Source: Candidatus Pacearchaeota archaeon
GTDB lineage: Archaea > Nanobdellota > Nanobdellia > Pacearchaeales > GW2011-AR1
Reading direction: 5' to 3'
Assembly (NCBI GenBank): GCA_018304205.1
Contig: JAGVWR010000016.1
Span: 1-42,636, forward strand
Length of the DNA: 42,636 nt
Made by a program: the position numbers and the translations under genes. The notes beneath the pieces were generated by a model, which was given only the letters and a program-made list of their open reading frames with translations, made no database searches and had not been told where the DNA came from. The first letter of the stretch is position 1; every line of letters starts with the position of its first letter. Below, one piece after another: positions 36,918 through 42,636 of the stretch.

Positions 36918-38606
36918 TCACTTTCTTGATATTCTTACTGCAACAACTATAATCAAGATTATTAATAGAACATTAATTATACCTATTACCCAGATTAATG
37001 TGTTGTCTCCAAGATCAAATGAGAAACCATCTCCACTTGAAGAGTCCGCAGCTTCTATATCAACTACAACTTCTTTTGTTTCTATTTTATCTCCTGATCT
37101 TACCTCAACTATGAATGACTGTTCCCCAGCAGAATCTTCATTTGCGTCAAACGTAAATATAACATCTCTTGATTGTCCTGCTTCAACAGTTAATATTCTG
37201 CTTGAAATAGAGTCTAATGTAGCCCAAGAATCATATCCTTTAGCATCTAAAACAAAACTTTCTGTTTCCTTTCCAATATTTGTTACTTTTGCTTTAACAA
37301 CAACTTGCGATCCTTCTTTAGCTCCTGATTCCAGTGTTGCTGTTACTGAAGATACTCTTCCGCTTGTGCTTCCTGTTCCGCCAGTTGATCCTGTGCCTGC
37401 TTGTGCTTCACAACCAATAACTCTCATCTGGAAAGTTGTAGATTCGTCTGAAGATTGTCTGTAACTTCCTCTATTATAATCATATTCTGCGCCTAGTTCA
37501 AGATTGTAGACTTTATTTTGTGTTCCTTCTGGAATTATAAAGTCAAAGTTAACTGCTTCTTTATCGCCTTGATCTAAGTCGTTTCTTATTTCTCTTTCTA
37601 AGTTCAATTTAAGTTCTGAATTTTCTAATGTAATTTTAACTTGATCTTGATCTTCATCTCCAATATTGAAAACGTCTGTTGATAATCTAACTGTATCTCC
37701 ACATGTTACTTCTTCTGGATTTATTTCCGTATTTTCGAATGCAATAAATCTTCCTTCATCGTTTTCTCTTTCTATATCTAGATCATGATAGAATGTTTGA
37801 TCTAAATCATTTGAAGTGTCTGCACATTCAATGTCTTCTCCAGAATCATCGCTGTAAACTTTAACAGCTAATTTGTAATTTCCATCTTCGAAATCTGCTG
37901 GAACTCTGAATGTGAATGTTACGGTATCATCGTCTCCTTCATTTAAGTCTCCATAATCAAATTGTTCCTCATCAGCGTTCTCAAAATCTAAATCATTAGC
38001 CTGGTTTTTACCAGTTGAATCAATTAATCCTAATTCTACAAAAATATCATTAAGATCGTCATTTCCATTGTTCTCAAAATCAACTTCTATTTCTATTGTG
38101 TCCAAAAGATTCCACGAACTTTCTCTTCCTTCTCCTTGGTTGTCAATATTAATATTTGTTATCTCTAAACTTCCTGTTTCTCCATTTTCACAGAAGCTTT
38201 GGACGAATGTAAGTGTTCTTGTTGCGTTTGCTACACTAACTCCAGTAGATGCATCAACACCAACAGCACTCAATGTTGCTGTGTATGAACCAAACTCAAA
38301 TTCTCCTACAATGCTATTAATTAGTGCCTTTAGAGAGGATGTTCCTGAAACAGCAAAATTATCTACGGCTTGCGGTGTAACCTGCATTAATACTTGATTA
38401 CCTCCACTTACTATATTTGAAACTGATAAGGTTACATTTTGCGCAACTGCATCATTATTTGTTAATGTAACTGTTGCATTATTTGCAGCCATTGTTAAAT
38501 CGTTTGATGGGTTAGATAATGTTAAAGCAGAAGCAAAACTAAGTGATAAAGTTAGTAATGTTAAAATGCTTAAAACGGATAACAATTTCATTGAACTCAT
38601 TTTCAT
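36918..38606 (-). CDS. Acidic surface/S-layer-like protein with CARDB/Ig-like domains and C-terminal TM
   Basis: Signal peptide, VFNIGDEDQ and VTNIGKETE Ig-like strands, Gly/Thr linker, C-terminal TM followed by RISRK. Confidence 0.8.
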   Translation of the reverse strand: MKMSSMKLLSVLSILTLLTLSLSFASALTLSNPSNDLTMAANNATVTLTNNDAVAQNVTLSVSNIVSGGNQVLMQVTPQAVDNFAVSGTSSLKALINSIVGEFEFGSYTATLSAVGVDASTGVSVANATRTLTFVQSFCENGETGSLEITNINIDNQGEGRESSWNLLDTIEIEVDFENNGNDDLNDIFVELGLIDSTGKNQANDLDFENADEEQFDYGDLNEGDDDTVTFTFRVPADFEDGNYKLAVKVYSDDSGEDIECADTSNDLDQTFYHDLDIERENDEGRFIAFENTEINPEEVTCGDTVRLSTDVFNIGDEDQDQVKITLENSELKLNLEREIRNDLDQGDKEAVNFDFIIPEGTQNKVYNLELGAEYDYNRGSYRQSSDESTTFQMRVIGCEAQAGTGSTGGTGSTSGRVSSVTATLESGAKEGSQVVVKAKVTNIGKETESFVLDAKGYDSWATLDSISSRILTVEAGQSRDVIFTFDANEDSAGEQSFIVEVRSGDKIETKEVVVDIEAADSSSGDGFSFDLGDNTLIWVIGIINVLLIILIIVVAVRISRK

Positions 38607-38798
38607 GTTGTAACTTTTGAATTACACTACTATTTAAATGTTTCGCTAATCGGTTTATATTATTAATTTTTAGTTAAACTAACTATTATATCAAACTATA
38701 AAAGTTTTTTGTATTCGGTAAAATACAAGGTTTATGATATTAAGAAGATTTAAATAAAACATACTCTTTGAAATGAAATAAATTAAGAGGGAAAAATT

Positions 38799-39161
38799 AT
38801 GCCAATAAAATCAAGAGAAAACTTAATAGCTGCGTGGGCTTTTTTGGCCGGAGTGATACTTGCAGTGCTAGTTGGATTTTTTGCTCAGAAAAGTCCACTT
38901 GTTTTAGGAATTCTTGCGGTGCTTGGACTCGTTGTTGGATATTTCGTTTCTGAAAAAAACGTTCAGACTTTCCTTCTTGCTTCTGTTTCTTTAGTTATTG
39001 TAAGTTTTGCAGGCATTCAGGGCCTTGTACTAAGTGCAGCTATAGGTGGAATAGAATTGGGGAGAATTATTACTTCTATTTTGGGCACATTATTGGTATT
39101 ATTTGTGCCTGCTACTATAATAGTGGCTCTAAAGACGGTTTTTTCTTTGGCAGCAAACTAA
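38799..39161 (+). CDS. Small hydrophobic membrane protein
   Basis: Four hydrophobic segments; WAFLAGVILAV. Confidence 0.75.
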   Translation: MPIKSRENLIAAWAFLAGVILAVLVGFFAQKSPLVLGILAVLGLVVGYFVSEKNVQTFLLASVSLVIVSFAGIQGLVLSAAIGGIELGRIITSILGTLLVLFVPATIIVALKTVFSLAAN

Positions 39162-39255
39162 CTTTAAGACATACTATATAATAGGACAGGGGTTATTTTA
39201 TGAATGAATTGGATTTCATATAAATGATTAAAAACTGATTTTTTTATTAAATTTT

Positions 39256-40173
39256 ATGTCATCTTCTAAAGTAAGCAATTATTATGATTTAGCGAGAAAG
39301 CTTTTAATTTCTCCCCTAGATTTTGTTAAGAAAACCTTGGAAGAAATTGATCCAATTAATCCTGAAGTTCTTGAGGGCTTCTATAGAGCATATAGACAAG
39401 ATTGGAATCTGAAAATTTCAGGGGTAGATATAGTTGGAACAGGAGGAGATGGAAAAAATATTTTTAATGTTTCAACTGCGGCTTCGTTTGTTTGTGCTGC
39501 TTCTGGTATTCCTGTTGTTAAATTTGGTAATCGTTCTGCAACTTCTTCATCAGGCAGTATGGATGTTTTATCTTGCCTTAATATAAAAAGATCAAAAACT
39601 CCTAGTGAAGCGATGGGTGATTTAGATAATGCTAACTTATCTCTTATTCCAGCCAATGAAGTTTATCCAGCTTTTGCAAGATTTTCTTCTCTACGCAAAA
39701 AAATAAAGAAACCAACAGTTTTCAACTATTTAGGGCCTTTGTTAAACCCTGTTGAAGTCTCTTTGACTGTTCTAGGTGTTTCAAGATTAGAGGCTATAAG
39801 AGCATATACCGAATTTTTTGAGAGAATACAGAAAAAAAGTATTATTTTAACAAGTGATGGATTTGACGAGGCGATCCCATTTCAAGAGAGTATAGTACAT
39901 TCTAGATACAAAGAGAGAAAGATTTTAGCTAGCAAACAGGGAAGCTTAGAGGAATTAACAATTGATACTCCAAGTCAGAGTGCGGAAATTATCATTAACA
40001 TTCTAAACAAAAAAGATAGAAGTATTAGGTACGACTGTGTAGCTTTAAATGCAGGGATTGCTATTGCATATTTCAGGGATGTATCTATTAAGAAAGGTAT
40101 AAAGCTTGCTGAAGAAACTATATATTCCGGAAAGGCATATGAAGTTCTTAGAAAATTACAAGGAACTGATTAG
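39256..40173 (+). CDS. trpD: Anthranilate phosphoribosyltransferase-like protein (short N-terminus)
   Basis: DIVGTGGDG, FNVST, KFGNRSATSSSGSMDVL, TVFNYLGPLLNP, DGFDE, LNAG. Confidence 0.85.
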   Translation: MSSSKVSNYYDLARKLLISPLDFVKKTLEEIDPINPEVLEGFYRAYRQDWNLKISGVDIVGTGGDGKNIFNVSTAASFVCAASGIPVVKFGNRSATSSSGSMDVLSCLNIKRSKTPSEAMGDLDNANLSLIPANEVYPAFARFSSLRKKIKKPTVFNYLGPLLNPVEVSLTVLGVSRLEAIRAYTEFFERIQKKSIILTSDGFDEAIPFQESIVHSRYKERKILASKQGSLEELTIDTPSQSAEIIINILNKKDRSIRYDCVALNAGIAIAYFRDVSIKKGIKLAEETIYSGKAYEVLRKLQGTD

Positions 40174-40232
40174 ATGAGTTATTCGTTTTAGATGTGAGAT
40201 AAGTTTATAGCCTAATTTTGGTAGATTAATTT

Positions 40233-40865
40233 ATGACAGAACAGACTTTTGTGGAAAAGCTAAACAAAAAGAATAGAATTAGACAAAGAGCAGAAGAAAT
40301 AAAGCCTTACAGATGTAGATATTTGATTGCAGTTATTGAAAATCCAAAAGATATAAAAAATATTGGAACAGTTATAAGAAATGTGAACGCTCTTGGTGTA
40401 GAAAAAACATACATCATAGATCCTAAGCATGCATTACCGGATAATTGGGAGAAGATGAGAGAGGAAGGACCTATTTTTGGGACATCTGTTTCAGCAGTAA
40501 AATGGAGTTTTGTTAAAAGATTTGACAGTACTGAAGATTGCATTAAACACTTGAAAAAGAATCGTTTTATTTCTATTGTAACATCTTCTCATCTAAAGGG
40601 TAATAAAAATGTAATCTTGCATGAAGGAGATTTTACTAAATATTCTAAACTGGCGGTGTGGTTTGGTAATGAATCCCAAGGCATAAGCGATCTTGCTGTA
40701 AAGAACAGCGATTTGTGTGTGAACATCCCCATGTTTGGTATGATCGAAAGTTTAAATTTAGGAACAACATCTGGAATTGTTTTATATGAAATTACAAAGC
40801 AGAGAAGAGAGTATCAAAGAAAATATAGTCACAAGAATAAGCGAGGAAGAAAGTATATTGCATAA
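40233..40865 (+). CDS. TrmH/SpoU family RNA 2'-O-methyltransferase
   Basis: NIGTVIR, FGNESQGIS, IPMFGMIESLNL. Confidence 0.92.
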   Translation: MTEQTFVEKLNKKNRIRQRAEEIKPYRCRYLIAVIENPKDIKNIGTVIRNVNALGVEKTYIIDPKHALPDNWEKMREEGPIFGTSVSAVKWSFVKRFDSTEDCIKHLKKNRFISIVTSSHLKGNKNVILHEGDFTKYSKLAVWFGNESQGISDLAVKNSDLCVNIPMFGMIESLNLGTTSGIVLYEITKQRREYQRKYSHKNKRGRKYIA

Positions 40866-40930
40866 ATTCTTCTTAAGACATGGGACAAGATATTCGACAT
40901 ATTTATAAGCCAATTTTTATCTGAATTTAA

Positions 40931-41359
40931 ATGGAACTAAAAGAACCAAAAACACAAGAAGAATTTGAAGGATATTACGATCTTAGGTGGAGAATACTTA
41001 GATATCCATGGAATCAACCTAGAGGGAGCGAGAAAGATAGTTTAGAAGATATGAGTATTCATCTTATTTTAACAGAGGAAGATAAGATTTTAGGTGCTGG
41101 AAGAGTTCATTTTAATTCTAATGACGAAGCTCAAGTGAGATACATGGCTGTGGAAGAGAATCAACAAGGAAAGGGAATAGGCGGAAAGATACTTAGTGGA
41201 CTTGAAGAAAGAGCAAAACAGAGAGGTACAAATTACATTGTACTGAATTCAAGAGATACTGCTGTCCCATTTTACATTAAAAAAGGTTACAGAATAATTG
41301 GCGAAGCACCGACAATGTTTGGAACTATCAAACATAGTAAAATGAGAAAAGATTTGTAA
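40931..41359 (+). CDS. GNAT family N-acetyltransferase
   Basis: VRYMAV..QQGKGIG, AVPFY..GY. Confidence 0.92.
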   Translation: MELKEPKTQEEFEGYYDLRWRILRYPWNQPRGSEKDSLEDMSIHLILTEEDKILGAGRVHFNSNDEAQVRYMAVEENQQGKGIGGKILSGLEERAKQRGTNYIVLNSRDTAVPFYIKKGYRIIGEAPTMFGTIKHSKMRKDL

Positions 41360-41361
41360 AA

Positions 41362-41748
41362 TTATTGAAGACTACCGTGTATAAAGTCTGACTTTTGCTT
41401 GGTTTCTTGGACTGGTGCTTTATGAATTTCTGCAAATTGTGGTGTAGCAATTATCGTATTTTCTCCAAAACCTGCAATTGAACCTTCAAGAGCATCAACA
41501 GTTTTCTTTATTTTAGCAATTGCTCTCTTAAGTTCTATAACATCTTTTGTTCTAAGGTGCTTAATATCAATTACTGCAATTGTGTATCCTTCTCTTAAAG
41601 AATTCAAAATTTCATTAATATCATCAAATTGTCTGAGGACAAAAGGTTTCACTTTAATTTTAGGATCCTTCACTTTTGCAGATTCAAGATCAATTTCAAG
41701 GTATTCTTCTTCCTCTTTTCCAAAAAGATTTCTTAAGCCAAAAGCCAT
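41362..41748 (-). CDS. sepF: Cell division protein SepF
   Basis: EYLEID, LREGYTIAVID, GSIAGFG...IATP. Confidence 0.88.
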   Translation of the reverse strand: MAFGLRNLFGKEEEEYLEIDLESAKVKDPKIKVKPFVLRQFDDINEILNSLREGYTIAVIDIKHLRTKDVIELKRAIAKIKKTVDALEGSIAGFGENTIIATPQFAEIHKAPVQETKQKSDFIHGSLQ

Positions 41749-41813
41749 GATTTATCTTTAAGTTGGTTAGTATATAAATATTTTGATACTCTTATACTAT
41801 AATTAAGACGGTA

Positions 41814-42161
41814 TTACTCTTTTTTGTTGCTTTTATCGAGTGAAGAAGTTATTTCTTGCCTAAACTCTGAAGCTCTTTTATCGATAATATTTTCTTGTTT
41901 TTCTATTGAAGAAATTCTTAATTCGAACAATTTATTTTTTTCTTCCATCTCTTTTATCAATGATTCTCTTGAAGATTTTATCATTAACCCGGAAATTATT
42001 TTATAAACTTCTTCGCCTGACTTTTTTAACTCGTCTAAAGCATTTTTTACTTCGTTTAGTTCAACTTGAACTGATTGCTTTTGAGCAAAAAGGCTTTGTA
42101 GATTTTGCTCAAGAACCTGTAGCTCCTGTATTTTCTTTGCGGTTGTAGAATTAACATCCAT
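41814..42161 (-). CDS. pfdB: Prefoldin subunit beta
   Basis: Coiled coils around EVYKIISGLMIK; syntenic with rpoP and rpl37ae. Confidence 0.9.
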   Translation of the reverse strand: MDVNSTTAKKIQELQVLEQNLQSLFAQKQSVQVELNEVKNALDELKKSGEEVYKIISGLMIKSSRESLIKEMEEKNKLFELRISSIEKQENIIDKRASEFRQEITSSLDKSNKKE

Positions 42162-42162
42162 A

Positions 42163-42300
42163 CTAATTTGCCTTTAATTTAACTGTCTGAGTCCTAGGCT
42201 TGTAAAATATCTTTGAGCCGCAATTTGGACAAACAAATCTTTTCTCTAAGACTTTAGACGAAATTGCTTTTTCGCATTTAAAACATTTGTATTGTGCCAT
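42163..42300 (-). CDS. rpoP: DNA-directed RNA polymerase subunit P (Rpo12); absent from ORF track
   Basis: Manual translation MAQYKCFKCEKAISSKVLEKRFVCPNCGSKIFYKPRTQTVKLKAN*. Confidence 0.93.
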   Translation of the reverse strand: MAQYKCFKCEKAISSKVLEKRFVCPNCGSKIFYKPRTQTVKLKAN

Positions 42301-42338
42301 TGTTAAGTATAATTTATTATGATATTTAAAATTACTGT

Positions 42339-42566
42339 TTATTTATTTGCCTCTAAATAGTATGCTGGGCCTGCAAAAACCTTGCCTGTTTTCATACATT
42401 TCCATATTCCTGCTGCAATTCTTTTTACTTTTGCTTTAGCGTAAAATGGTGAAACTTGTCTTTGTCTCTGTAATTCTTCTATTTTATTAAAATTCTTTCT
42501 AGCTCTTGTTCCTATTCCGCCGCTAAATCTTCCTGCTGCCTTTATTTTCTTTGTTTTTGATCCCAT
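42339..42566 (-). CDS. rpl37ae: 50S ribosomal protein L37ae (eL43), zinc-ligand-deficient
   Basis: TKKIKAAGRF...VKRIAAGIWKC...FAGPAY; upstream of rpoP. Confidence 0.92.
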   Translation of the reverse strand: MGSKTKKIKAAGRFSGGIGTRARKNFNKIEELQRQRQVSPFYAKAKVKRIAAGIWKCMKTGKVFAGPAYYLEANK

Positions 42567-42636
42567 TTTATTAAAATATATAAATTTAGTTGATATCTAT
42601 AACTTTGAAAACGAGCTTTTTAAATTATTCTATTCG

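Noticed and set aside
36880..37464. 194-aa plus-strand ORF and similar antisense ORFs (e.g. 14358-14870, 31482-31871, 2741-3115)
   Set aside because: Shadow frames of well-supported genes, with no motifs.

Overview
AT-rich chromosomal segment of a reduced-genome DPANN archaeon, most consistent with Pacearchaeota/Woesearchaeota. Support: archaeal AglB/AglH, RpoP, eL43, prefoldin alpha/beta, Pop5, a Methanococcus-type S-layer protein, class III signal-peptide proteins and a short exosortase-family enzyme. The first ~17.8 kb is a glycosylation/cell-surface cluster ending in aglB-aglH-flippase. The rest is housekeeping and surface genes. The most notable element, not resolved by the ORF track, is a collapsed diversity-generating retroelement at ~18.85-20.06 kb. 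It has an intact target gene ending in a DGR-type variable region, followed by a GC hairpin and only the last ~48 codons of a DGR-like reverse transcriptase. No TR or avd is visible, and 17-bp direct repeats bracket the block. Other highlights: a 5' leader motif with mini-ORFs shared by two genes; a multi-stem RNA leader on the S-layer gene; a bacterial-type PilB/GspE ATPase divergent from four archaeal pilin-like genes across a perfect 12-bp inverted repeat; a half-length aIF5A-like protein; a zinc-less eL43; and a peptidase E gene broken by one TGA. All calls come from motif recognition by eye; no searches were run.
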